From a virus (taxonomy: Duplodnaviria; Caudoviricetes), in IMG/VR virus record IMGVR_UViG_3300032007_000058, positions 1 to 64,000 of that record: a stretch of 64,000 nt of DNA; one strand, 5' to 3'. A program made the translations under genes and the position numbers. This document shows positions 1 through 9,700 of the stretch, in pieces. How positions within the stretch are numbered: position 1 is the stretch's first letter; each line of letters starts with the position of its first letter. The notes beneath the pieces were generated by a model that worked only from the letters and a program-made list of their open reading frames with translations, was not told the origin of the DNA and did not search any database.

Positions 1-2
1 GC

Positions 3-899
3 CCCCCGGTAGATAGTATCGCCGATGCACTCCCGAAGGATATGGTGTTCATGGCTGACCTCGACGCCTGGGGGCGTGTACGTTTGATATTTGGGGATGG
101 GCAGAACGGGCGCATCCCGCGCAGGGACGACAAGATAACGGCAAGATATCGTGTCGGCGGCGGGATCGCTGGAAACGTAGCCCCTGACACTATCACGATC
201 ATGCGCGATATCGCCACGGATAGCAATGGGGAGCGCGTCCCCGTTACTGTGACGAATCCAGGATGGGCGGCAGGGGGGAAGGATCCAGAGAGCGCTGCCA
301 GCATAAAGCGATGGGCCCCCCGTTTTTTCGAGGCGCAGGCTCGCTGCGTGACACAGGGGGATTACGAGGCGTTTGCTATGGCGTTCCGTGATCCCGAAGC
401 GGGGGCGTTTGCGAAGGCAAGGGCCTTCGTTCGAGAGAGGACAGGCGAGGCCAATGTGATCCGCTACTACGTCCTCGCATACGGGAACGGTAAAGGGAAT
501 GTCGCCGCGCCTCCACAGGCCTTGAAAGATGCGCTTCGGGCCTATATCGACAAGTATAAGATGCTGACGGATTGGATAGAGATCGAGGACGGGCGATGGC
601 GGGAGGTAGACATCAGGGGGACAGTGCGCATAGCCAATGGAGTGAAAGCGTCTGAAGCATTGGCTGATATCGAGGCTGCCGTCTCTGCCCTTTTCGACCT
701 GGACGTTAGAGAGATGGGCGAACCTCTGCGGATATCCGATCTTTATGCGGCGATAGACAGGGCTACAGGGGTCCTCCACGTGGAGCTGACGACGCCGACT
801 GCCACGGTCGAGGCGGAGAAAGACGAATTATTGATCCTTGGGACGGTCGCGTTGGAGGTGGAACACGAGGGGGCGGGCTCTGATGGGAAGAATATCTGA
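3..899 (+). CDS. Baseplate J-like protein (5'-truncated by window edge)
   Basis: Frame open from base 3; motifs GNVAPDTIT, AAGGKDPES, RCVTQGDYE, LRISDLYAAI typical of baseplate J/gp47. Confidence 0.85.
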   Translation, partial: PPVDSIADALPKDMVFMADLDAWGRVRLIFGDGQNGRIPRRDDKITARYRVGGGIAGNVAPDTITIMRDIATDSNGERVPVTVTNPGWAAGGKDPESAASIKRWAPRFFEAQARCVTQGDYEAFAMAFRDPEAGAFAKARAFVRERTGEANVIRYYVLAYGNGKGNVAAPPQALKDALRAYIDKYKMLTDWIEIEDGRWREVDIRGTVRIANGVKASEALADIEAAVSALFDLDVREMGEPLRISDLYAAIDRATGVLHVELTTPTATVEAEKDELLILGTVALEVEHEGAGSDGKNI

Positions 900-1950
900 T
901 ATAGTCCCTGCGCTCTACTACAGCGACAAAAATCGGCTCGAAGGGTTCTTAAGAGCTCTTGATCCGGAGATAGATGAGATCGAAAAGAAGATCCGTGGCG
1001 TACCAGAGCTGATCGATGTGGACCGTTGTCCTGACGATAAGCTCCCTTATCTTGCCTCGATGCTCAACTGCCCGCTCGTCGGAGAGTCCCCGTCGTTTTG
1101 GCGAAAACAGATACGAAATTGGCCTTACCTCTTAAAACTGAAGGGGACAGAGCGGAGCCTCGTCTTGGCGCTAGAGAGCGTTGGTGCGGATCATTATGCT
1201 ATCTACACCTATTTTCGCGATGCGGGTGGCGGATATGTAACAGAAAAGCCTGAAGGGGCCCCGTATTACAACGCTACAGATGGGCTCTGGCGCAATATCC
1301 GTACGCATTATTTTGGGGTGGAGGTCCATGTCGGGAAGGAATATGTCGAGGAACAAGGGTATCTATGGACAGTAGATGATATCCAGGAAAAACTAGCAGC
1401 CTGGATCGAGCGCGCTAAACCTTTTCACGCAGAGCTTTTGAACTTACTGATCCTGCCTCCGGACCTGATGCCTGACGATCACGTCTGCATCTGGGACTGG
1501 GACACATGGGACCACGGGCGGGCGCAGGAGTACGAGTTCGGCTCGCTGTCCCCGGTCCTGGGCGTGGGGGAGCTGGACCCGCTGCTGGAGCTGGCCGCCA
1601 CGATCTGGCGCGCCACCGGCGCGGTCTGCGACCGGGGGGCGGTCTGGGACTGCGTCCGATGGGAGGACGCGCTGCCCGCCGCGCGCTCGGAGCTCATCGC
1701 CGCCGGCCTGGGGCGGACCTTCTTCGCGGCGCTGGACTGGGGCGCGGCGGGGCCGCCCGCGCCGTGGTGGAGCGAGCAGCATGACTGGGACCACGGCTGG
1801 ACCTGGGACGAGACGACCCTGGAGACGGCCACGGCCACGGACTTCTCGTGTCGGGTGGGCATCGAGGGGACGTGGCGGGGGGCATCATGGGGATCCGTGA
1901 CCTGGAGCGACCGGCGCGGGGGCGGGGATGCCCCCGGCGGGGGCGCGTGA
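883..1950 (+). CDS. Phage tail protein I-like baseplate protein
   Basis: Follows gpJ; IDVDRCPDDKLPYLASML and LLKLKGT motifs; Trp-rich C-terminus (WD..W repeats). Confidence 0.75.
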   Translation: MGRISDIVPALYYSDKNRLEGFLRALDPEIDEIEKKIRGVPELIDVDRCPDDKLPYLASMLNCPLVGESPSFWRKQIRNWPYLLKLKGTERSLVLALESVGADHYAIYTYFRDAGGGYVTEKPEGAPYYNATDGLWRNIRTHYFGVEVHVGKEYVEEQGYLWTVDDIQEKLAAWIERAKPFHAELLNLLILPPDLMPDDHVCIWDWDTWDHGRAQEYEFGSLSPVLGVGELDPLLELAATIWRATGAVCDRGAVWDCVRWEDALPAARSELIAAGLGRTFFAALDWGAAGPPAPWWSEQHDWDHGWTWDETTLETATATDFSCRVGIEGTWRGASWGSVTWSDRRGGGDAPGGGA

Positions 1951-1983
1951 CGCGGACGCATCGGATATGAGGAGGCCGACGAG

Positions 1984-2472
1984 ATGGCGATAATGACACT
2001 GGCCGCGCGGGTGGAGCTGGCGCGGCAGCTCTTCGAGATGCCCCTGCACATGGCCCTGGGCCTGGGGGGCGAGGGCTGGGGCGAGACGGCCCCGGCGGTG
2101 GACTACGGGGCCACGGCCCTGGTGCGGGAGATCGGACGCAAGGCCGTCTTCCGGAAGTTCTACGTCACGGAGGACGACGCGGGGGAGCTGATCCTGCCCG
2201 GCGACCGGCGCTTCACCACCTCGCTGACGCCCACGCGCCACATCTACGTGCAGTTCATGTTCGATTACGGCGAGGGCGTGGGCGGGGCGATCCGCGAGAT
2301 GGGGCTCTTCGCCGGGACGGTCCCGAAGGCGGGGCTCCCGGAGCACCAGACGTACTTCACGCCCGAGGAGCTGGACGACGCGGGGACGCTCATCACCCTG
2401 GAGCACCCGGATACGCCAGATACATTCACTCCCCAGAAAAAGGGGACGTATGAAGAAGTCATCACGATATAG
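1984..2472 (+). CDS. Baseplate/tail-collar structural protein
   Basis: 162 aa in tail operon; IREMGLF motif common to fibre-attachment proteins. Confidence 0.6.
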   Translation: MAIMTLAARVELARQLFEMPLHMALGLGGEGWGETAPAVDYGATALVREIGRKAVFRKFYVTEDDAGELILPGDRRFTTSLTPTRHIYVQFMFDYGEGVGGAIREMGLFAGTVPKAGLPEHQTYFTPEELDDAGTLITLEHPDTPDTFTPQKKGTYEEVITI

Positions 2473-2487
2473 GAGGGAGGCGGGAGC

Positions 2488-5400
2488 ATGACCTCGGAGG
2501 AGCTGAAGAGCCTGGTGGGACATCCGGATTTCTACGACCGCTGGGCGAAGGAGGACCTGTGGGACTTCCTGGCCATCATCAGCGGCCGGGCCTTCCAGGG
2601 CGCGGAGATCAACGAGATCCAGCACGTCCTGGACGAGAAGATCAGCGCGCTGGGGCGGACGCTGTACGCGGACGGCACGGTCATCGAGGGCTGCGACATC
2701 GCCATCGACCCCGACGCGGGCGTGGCGGACCTGGGCGCGGGGAAGGTGGCCCTGGACGGGAAGATCCGCGGGGTGGAGGCCGCCCGCCTGAACATCCCCG
2801 GCGGGGACGCGCGGGTGGGAATCTGGCTCAAGGCCCGCGTCATCACGGAGAAGGAGGACGGCAGCTTCCTCAGCCCGGCGGTGGGCATGGGCGAGTACCG
2901 GAAGCCGGGGGCCTACCGCATCGTGGTCACGGCGGAGTGGGGCCTGGACGGCGAGGGCCTGACCGCCCCCTTCTACGCGATTTATCGCATCACGAACTGG
3001 CAGGTGTCCAACCAGTACTACGGCGAGAACACGCCGGAATGGCTGGACGCCCTGGCGCGGTACGACCGGGACAGCAACAGCCACTACGTGGTCGAGGGCC
3101 TGCGGGTGACGGCCCTGCCCAACGCGGACAGCGCCGACGACGGCGTGAAACAGACGTATTCCATCAGCGAGGGGCTGGCCCACGTGCGGGGCTACGAGGC
3201 GCGGCTGTCCCACGCGGTGCGCCTGGTGGTGGAGGAGGACGCGGACCTGTATCAGGTGCAGAGCGAGGCGCACCAGTACGACAGCACCGGGGGCCAGGCC
3301 GTCATCCCCGTGCATCAGACGCCCATCGAGGCCATCGCCAGCGTGCGCGTGACGAAGGAGCGCACCGTGGAGCTGACGCATGGGAGCTACACCGGATGCA
3401 GCGACGACCTGCCCGATACCAGCGTGATCAAGATCGTCTCGGTGGTCCAGGGCGGCACGACGTACACCGACGGCACGGACTTCCAGCGAAACGCCAACCG
3501 GGTGGACTGGTCCCTCATGGGCGCGGAGCCCGCGCCGGGCAGCCGGTACACGGTGGTCTACCACTACCGGACCAACGTGACGCCGGACGCATCAGACGCC
3601 ACGAGCCTGACGCTCTCGGGCCTGGTGGAGGGCTCGCTGGTGGAGCTGGATTACACCTACCGAATGCCGCGCCGGGACAAGATCGTGATATACAAGGATT
3701 CGACGGTGGCGCTGGTGAAGGGCGTCCCGCACCGATACGCGCCGGTCCTGCCCGCGACGCCATCAGACGCGCTCTGCCTGGCGGAGGTGGAGCAGGGCTG
3801 GGTGGGGCTGCCGAAGGTGTCGAACGTGGCGGTGCAGGCCGTGCGCATGGACGACCTGAACGAGATGCAGGAGGGCATCCGCGCCCTGTACCGGAACGTG
3901 GCCAGCCTGAAGATGCAGATGGACGCATCCTTCTCGGCCCCGACCAGCGCCGACAACGTCTTCGTGGACCCGCTCTTCGACGACGACATGCGCGACGCCG
4001 GCACGCCCCAGACGGCGATGATCGCGGGCCAGGCGCTCCAGCTCCCCATGGAGATAGCCTTCCAGACGCTGGAGACGGGGCGCGACCTGGCCCTGGCGGC
4101 CTCCCCGGTCCCCCTCATCGTCCAGGAGCAGCACACCAAGTGCATGAAGGTGAACCCCTACCTGGCCTTCGACCCCATGCCCGTCCAGGTGGGGCTGACC
4201 CCTGCGGTCGACCGCTGGACGGACACGGCCCGCGCCAGGGAGATCATCAACGCCGCCGAGCTGGACGCGCTCCAAGCCAGGGCGGCGGCGTTGCGGAAAG
4301 CGAACAGCGGCTGGACCCTGGGGCTGGTCACCGTTGGGCAGGGGACCGTCCTGACCGAGGACGCGGAGGGGACGCTGCGCCAGATCGACGTGGCCCTGAG
4401 CGCGGCGGGCTTCGGCCCCGGCGAGGGCCCCATCGCGCTGACCTTCGACGGGCTCCAGATCCCCTACATCGGGGAGGACCACGCGGACGCGGGGGGGAAG
4501 TGGACCTGCACCTTCACGATACCGGCGGGCGTCCCCACGGGATCCCGCCTGGTCCACGTCGAGGGCCCCCACTCCCAAGGGGACGCGATCTTCGTCGGCA
4601 TCCGCAACATCTCGACCGCCGTGACGCGCCTCCGGTATTCCGTCTTCCGGGCCACCCCCGTCGATCCCCTGGCCCAGACCTTCATGCTGAACGAGGACCG
4701 CCACGTGGCGGGGGTGGATTTCTGGCTGTGTCAGAACGGCGTCTCCCGCCTGCGCGTGGAGATCCGCGAGACGGACCTCGGCTTCCCGACCCAGGACGTG
4801 GTGGCCCAGTGCGTGCTGGACCCGGCGGACCTGAACGCGGGGACCTGGAACCGCGCGATATTCGAGACGCCAGCGCTCCTCACGGCGGGGACGATGTACG
4901 CGATCACGCTCCTCTCGGATACGTCCGATCACGAGGTGGGCATCACGGAACTGGGCGACTACGACACGGAGACGGGCTGGGTGCGGTCCCAGGCGTACCA
5001 GACGGGGGTGCTGCTCTCCAGCTCCAACGCGAACACCTGGACGGCGCACCAGAGCGCGGACCTGGCCTTCCGGCTGCTGGGGGCGGATTTCCACGAGCAT
5101 CGCCAGGCCGTGGAGCTGGGGACGCTGGACCTGACCGGGATGACGGACATCCTGGCGATGGCGGAGGTGGAGACCACCAGCGCCGCCACGGGCGTGACCT
5201 TCGTCCTCCGGAAGGAGGGCGCGGAGGTGGCCCGGATGCAGGCCTGGCAGGGGATGAGCTTCGCCGAGCCCCTGGACGGGGCCCACACGCTGGAGGCGGA
5301 GCTCTTCGGCGACGCGAAGTATTCCCCCATCCTGGGGCGCGATCCCCAGGTGATGCTGGGCAAGGTCGGGACCTTCGGGGACTACGTGAGCCGCGCGTTC

Positions 5401-5667
5401 AAATGCGGCGCGGGAAAGCGGGTGATGGTCACCACTTCCGACTACGCCCCCGTGGGGGCGACCGTGAAGGTGTACGTGGAGACGGCCTCCGGCGTCTGGA
5501 CCGAGGCGGCGGCCTCCACGTCGGAGCCCATCGGCGACGGGTGGTATCGGGACGTGCGCTTCGTCCCGTGCGATCTGGCGCAGACGAGGCTGAAGATCGA
5601 GCTGACGGGCGGCCCCGGCGCGAGGCCGATGGTGACGGACATCAGCGCCGTCGTCCTGCCCGCGTGA
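2488..5667 (+). CDS. Large tail/baseplate structural protein (DUF4815-like)
   Basis: 1059 aa, RBS GGAGG; FQGAEINEIQ, LARYDRDSNSHYVVEG, FVDPLFDDDMRD, DPLAQTF, GVLLSSSNANTW motifs recalled from DUF4815 proteins. Confidence 0.75.
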   Translation: MTSEELKSLVGHPDFYDRWAKEDLWDFLAIISGRAFQGAEINEIQHVLDEKISALGRTLYADGTVIEGCDIAIDPDAGVADLGAGKVALDGKIRGVEAARLNIPGGDARVGIWLKARVITEKEDGSFLSPAVGMGEYRKPGAYRIVVTAEWGLDGEGLTAPFYAIYRITNWQVSNQYYGENTPEWLDALARYDRDSNSHYVVEGLRVTALPNADSADDGVKQTYSISEGLAHVRGYEARLSHAVRLVVEEDADLYQVQSEAHQYDSTGGQAVIPVHQTPIEAIASVRVTKERTVELTHGSYTGCSDDLPDTSVIKIVSVVQGGTTYTDGTDFQRNANRVDWSLMGAEPAPGSRYTVVYHYRTNVTPDASDATSLTLSGLVEGSLVELDYTYRMPRRDKIVIYKDSTVALVKGVPHRYAPVLPATPSDALCLAEVEQGWVGLPKVSNVAVQAVRMDDLNEMQEGIRALYRNVASLKMQMDASFSAPTSADNVFVDPLFDDDMRDAGTPQTAMIAGQALQLPMEIAFQTLETGRDLALAASPVPLIVQEQHTKCMKVNPYLAFDPMPVQVGLTPAVDRWTDTARAREIINAAELDALQARAAALRKANSGWTLGLVTVGQGTVLTEDAEGTLRQIDVALSAAGFGPGEGPIALTFDGLQIPYIGEDHADAGGKWTCTFTIPAGVPTGSRLVHVEGPHSQGDAIFVGIRNISTAVTRLRYSVFRATPVDPLAQTFMLNEDRHVAGVDFWLCQNGVSRLRVEIRETDLGFPTQDVVAQCVLDPADLNAGTWNRAIFETPALLTAGTMYAITLLSDTSDHEVGITELGDYDTETGWVRSQAYQTGVLLSSSNANTWTAHQSADLAFRLLGADFHEHRQAVELGTLDLTGMTDILAMAEVETTSAATGVTFVLRKEGAEVARMQAWQGMSFAEPLDGAHTLEAELFGDAKYSPILGRDPQVMLGKVGTFGDYVSRAFKCGAGKRVMVTTSDYAPVGATVKVYVETASGVWTEAAASTSEPIGDGWYRDVRFVPCDLAQTRLKIELTGGPGARPMVTDISAVVLPA

Positions 5668-5697
5668 CGTGCGCCCGATGGAAGGAGATGATGGAGG

Positions 5698-7476
5698 ATG
5701 GCCGATGTGACCGCGACGCCGGGGATGGACCCGGCCCCCGCGCCCCTGGTGGACGACCGGACCGCGCGGGGCTGGCCCCTGCCGCACCGGCGTAACAAGA
5801 TCGCCACGGACAACGAGCGCCTGCGCGCGGCCCTGTCCAGCATCGACACGGAGCTGACGGCGGCTGATACCTTCGCCGCCGCCACGGACAGGGAGCTGGC
5901 GCGGTACGAGGAGGCGACGGACGCCACCCTGGACCAGCACCGCACGGAGCTGGACGCCCTGGACCGCGACAAGGCGAACGAGGCGTCGGTGTCCCAGCGC
6001 TTCGAGACCCTGGGCGCGTCGGTCCAGTTCAGCTTCGACACGCTGCTCCACGACGACCTGCATGAGATCGACACCGGCACCTACCGCCACCTGACGCAGG
6101 CGCAGCAGGCGGCGCTCCCGGCGGGGCTGTCGGCCAGCAACCGGTTCGTGGCCGAGGCCCGCGTCATCGCGGAGGTGGACCTGGGCGCGGCGGCCCGGAC
6201 GGCATCGGCCCGCATCCCGGACGGCATCGGCCTCTGGGCCAGCGTGAAGGGCCTGGGCATCTTCCGGCTGGACCGGGCGTCGGTGGAGCCCCCGGACGGG
6301 GAGACATCGATCCTCCCCCAGACGGGGGCGGGCCGCTGGCTCCTCCAGGCCCCGGCCCCGGAGGAGGCCGTGGCGATGGCCGAGGACCTGCTGGTGGACA
6401 CCGTATGGCTGGGCCCCACCTCGACGAGCACGACATCCATATCCGCACATCTTACGGCCAATAGGTCATACGTCATCGGCGCGGAGGGCTGGCGGCTGCT
6501 GGGCGTGACGCCGCCGGCGGGGCTGCCGCTCCACTGGACCCACGCGGTGGACGGGACCAGCGTGACGATAACGTTCTACAACGACACGGACGCGCAGATA
6601 TCGCTGCCCGCGCAGACCTTCGGGTTCACCCTCCTGGTCCCCACGCCCGTGACGGCCCGTGGGCGGCGGGTCATGAACTGGCTCCTGCGGGCGCGCCCGT
6701 CCGGGGCGGAGGTGGACGGGACGATGGCGGGCCTCCCCGAGGCGCGGGAGGCCCTGGAGGAGATCGGCGGGAGCGCGAAGATGACGGCCCGCCTCCTGGG
6801 GGACGGGGCGGCGCTGGCCGCCGTGGGGGGATCGCGGGCGGCGACGGCGGCCCTGTTCTCCGGGAAGGCCGCGCAGGGCGCGCTCATAGCGGGGCTCGGC
6901 GCGAACGCGGCCAACGCCCCCGGCACGCTCTACGTCCAGCTCGCGTCCCATCGTCCCGCGATGGAGGGCATCTTCTGGGACCACCACGGCCTCGCCGCGC
7001 GGATCTGGGGCGTGAATGGCACGAATACCTGGATGGCCGAGGGCCTGGGGCTCGACGTGATGTTCCGGGATACCTGGTGCGCGTCGAACTTCCAAGTGAT
7101 ACATGGCGCGCAGCGCTACGGCCAAAACAAAGAACTGGTGGCGGTCTTGATCTCCATGGGCTGGACGCGGCAGGAGCACATCGTCCAGGACCTGGAAAAC
7201 GCCGGCGGTCAGATCGCGCCGAGCCTCCGCGAGGCCGAGGGCGTGCTCTTCATCTGGGTCGGGGGGCGGGGCTCGTCCGTGAACATGAACGTGAAGAACG
7301 GCAACGGGGTGGCTGTGTTCACGGCCAGCGTGGGCGCGGTCGCGTCAGCGTCGTGGGCGGTCCAAGAGAACAGCGGAAATTATATGCCGAGCATCATCAT
7401 CCACCCGTCCGTGCCGCTGTCCCTGTCCACGCACGGGAGCTGGGTGGCGGACCTCTGGGTCCCGCCGGCGCTGTAG
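5698..7476 (+). CDS. Tail fibre / receptor-binding protein
   Basis: 592 aa after the baseplate genes; N-terminal TARGWPLPH docking motif plus coiled coil; followed by a DUF4376 gene. Confidence 0.65.
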   Translation: MADVTATPGMDPAPAPLVDDRTARGWPLPHRRNKIATDNERLRAALSSIDTELTAADTFAAATDRELARYEEATDATLDQHRTELDALDRDKANEASVSQRFETLGASVQFSFDTLLHDDLHEIDTGTYRHLTQAQQAALPAGLSASNRFVAEARVIAEVDLGAAARTASARIPDGIGLWASVKGLGIFRLDRASVEPPDGETSILPQTGAGRWLLQAPAPEEAVAMAEDLLVDTVWLGPTSTSTTSISAHLTANRSYVIGAEGWRLLGVTPPAGLPLHWTHAVDGTSVTITFYNDTDAQISLPAQTFGFTLLVPTPVTARGRRVMNWLLRARPSGAEVDGTMAGLPEAREALEEIGGSAKMTARLLGDGAALAAVGGSRAATAALFSGKAAQGALIAGLGANAANAPGTLYVQLASHRPAMEGIFWDHHGLAARIWGVNGTNTWMAEGLGLDVMFRDTWCASNFQVIHGAQRYGQNKELVAVLISMGWTRQEHIVQDLENAGGQIAPSLREAEGVLFIWVGGRGSSVNMNVKNGNGVAVFTASVGAVASASWAVQENSGNYMPSIIIHPSVPLSLSTHGSWVADLWVPPAL

Positions 7477-7486
7477 GAGGTGCGAG

Positions 7487-8029
7487 ATGAGCTATATCCT
7501 GTGGCACGAGGAATGGGGGCCCCTGATGCGCGTGGACGCGGACCGGAAGACGGCCCGCCTGCGCGAGGGGGAGATGGCGATCCCCTGCGAGGAGGGGGCG
7601 GACCCCGGCGACCGGGAGCGCTGGGCGCGGGAGGCCGAGGAGTGGAAGGCCCGCATCCCGACGATGGAGGAGCTTCGGGAGGCGAAGCTGGACGAGCTGG
7701 CGGCCTCGCGCTGGGCGGCGGAGACGGGCGGCGTGAGCGTGGGGGGTATGACCATCCGCACGGACCGGGAGAGCCAGGGCATGATCACGGGCGCGGCCCT
7801 CCAGGCGATGATAGATCCGGAGTATACCTGCCGCTGGAAGGCGGGGGAAGGGTTCGTGGACCTGGACGCGCAGACGATCCTGGGGGCGGCGATGGCGGTG
7901 CGGGCGCACGTCCAGGCATGCTTCGACCGCGAGGCAGAACTGGCGGCCCGCGCAGCGGCGGCCTCCACGCCGAAGGATCTGGAGGCGATCTCCTGGGAGG
8001 AGAAAGGAGAAGTGAGCGAAGATGCGTGA
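7487..8029 (+). CDS. DUF4376-domain tail fibre assembly protein
   Basis: LAASRWAAETGGV, IRTDRESQ, WKAGEGFVDL, VRAHVQACFDRE. Confidence 0.85.
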   Translation: MSYILWHEEWGPLMRVDADRKTARLREGEMAIPCEEGADPGDRERWAREAEEWKARIPTMEELREAKLDELAASRWAAETGGVSVGGMTIRTDRESQGMITGAALQAMIDPEYTCRWKAGEGFVDLDAQTILGAAMAVRAHVQACFDREAELAARAAAASTPKDLEAISWEEKGEVSEDA

Positions 8030-8426
8030 CGACAAGACCGCGCGGGGCTGGGACCTGCCCCACGCGGATAACTACCTAGAGGACGATGTGGAGCGCCTTC
8101 GGGGCGCATTGACCGCAGCCGATGAGGACATGACCGATGTATCCGATTCCATCTCCGCTATCCAGGCCGATCTGGCGCAACGCCCGAAGGACGTCGTGAT
8201 CACATCGCACGCACTCACTGCCGCCGAGGTCACGGCAAAGTCCTTCACGCTACCGTCCACGCCGGACGGCGCGGTGCTCGTTTCGGTGCTGGGCCTGGTC
8301 CATCGGCCCGGCGTGGATTATGCGGTCTCGGGAAACACTCTATCCTGGAACGGCCTGGGCTTGGAGCAGAACGCCCTGGTCGAGGGGGATGTGTTTGTTT
8401 TGGTCTACAAGACGAAAGGGGCATAA
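8022..8426 (+). CDS. Short tail-fibre adaptor with duplicated N-terminal docking domain
   Basis: DDKTARGWDLPH...DVERLRGAL resembles the N-terminus of 5698..7476; C-terminal GVDYAVSGNTLSW...GDVFVLVY beta domain. Confidence 0.6.
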   Translation: MRDDKTARGWDLPHADNYLEDDVERLRGALTAADEDMTDVSDSISAIQADLAQRPKDVVITSHALTAAEVTAKSFTLPSTPDGAVLVSVLGLVHRPGVDYAVSGNTLSWNGLGLEQNALVEGDVFVLVYKTKGA

Positions 8427-8429
8427 AAA

Positions 8430-9045
8430 ATGAAGCTGGATCCAAGGGGCATCGATACTGAGGCAGTGTTACGGGGGGGGGGGTAGTAACACTACTCTAG
8501 CCCAGATGGTGGAAGATGTAGCGGCGTCGGTAAAGAACGGGAATAGCGAGCTCCCCCCCTTTCCCGGCGGGGCAAGTATCGCAGGAGCAGCAGGTCCTTC
8601 TAGGTATATGCAGATTCGCGGCGACTTTGACGACAAGGGGCGCGTGGCCATTAATTTATTCGATACTCATTTAGAGTTGTTTAAGGATGAGGGTGAAGGG
8701 TGGATCTCACGCGCGGTATATATACCCCACGAGGATACGGGATGGGTAGAGCTTACGACGGGGAACGTATGGTATCGCAGGCGGGATGGGGTCGTGTATG
8801 TGCGGGTGTTCGTTACGCCTACATTCACGGTAATCCCGGGGGCAACGGTCCATGTATTCGCGACTTTACCCGAAGGATGCCGCCCCCCCATGCGTATGGA
8901 GAGCGTCATTAGCGTCGAGCATCCCGATATGCCAGCCAGATGTGCTCAATTCTTTGTTGAGCCAGACGGAGGAATAAAGATGTGGTCCTATACCGCTATA
9001 CCAGCTGGGACGAATGTCATTGGGGCTATCTCTTTCCCGGTCTAG
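8430..9045 (+). pseudogene. Small receptor-binding-like protein frameshifted at a G11 tract (8473-8483); G10 would give a 204 aa ORF
   Basis: ATG 8430 reads MKLDPRGIDTEAVLRGGG-stop; the +1 frame continues into ORF 8506..9045, which resembles 9701..10288 (DTGWV/DSGWV, TLPEG). Confidence 0.7.
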
Positions 9046-9093
9046 TCAGGAGGCCTTACGCCTCCTGTGTTTGATATTTTGGAGGTGCGAAAG

Positions 9094-9679
9094 ATGCAGT
9101 TAGAGCAGCGCGGAATGTCTCTCCCATACGCATTCAGCCAGATGTTCGGTGACGCTCCAAAGCCTGACGGCGGGCTGAGCGGTGAGGCGAATGGGCTCAA
9201 TTTCTTACCAATTAGTCATGAATGGTCAGGGGGGGGGGGGAGAAACTGACCTTCCTGCTACTTGGAGATCTTTTTACCTGACCTGGAGCAGCAAGGGATG
9301 GGTAAGAACGAGCGGGTTGATATGTGTCACGCTGGGAGAATGGCTTATTCCCCCGCGTTTAATGATATTTAACGTGATTACGGGGGCAATTGATCCGTTA
9401 GTGTCATATTGTGTTTATGAGCCATTGACGCGGGGGACGTACATGCAGACGGCGGGCGGATTAGGGGCCGACGTAGCGTCTACGGAGCACCCTTTCCCGG
9501 GAAATATCGATATTCGATATGAGGGGAAACTATCCGTAGATGGGGCGAGGGCAGAACATACCCTGCGTGTGATATGCCCTGAAGGACGGTGGAGCCATGG
9601 CTGGGTGCTGTATACGTCCAGCGCGACGGAATGGGGCGACGCATACGTGCTCACGCCGATGAGGGTCGAATTGCGGTAG
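9094..9679 (+). pseudogene. Second small tail-associated protein frameshifted at a G12 tract (9229-9240); G11 would give a 194 aa ORF
   Basis: RBS GGAGG plus ATG 9094 (MQLEQRG...) stops at 9249; the next frame continues ETDLPATW... to 9679. Confidence 0.65.
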
Positions 9680-9700
9680 ATAGAGTGAGGGGGATAAAGG

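Noticed and set aside
1885-6450. Very long alternative-frame ORFs (1885..3564 -, 2559..5795 +, 3763..6450 -)
   Set aside because: Shadow ORFs of extreme GC3 bias: R/G/P/A-rich, no RBS or motifs, fully overlapping convincing tail genes
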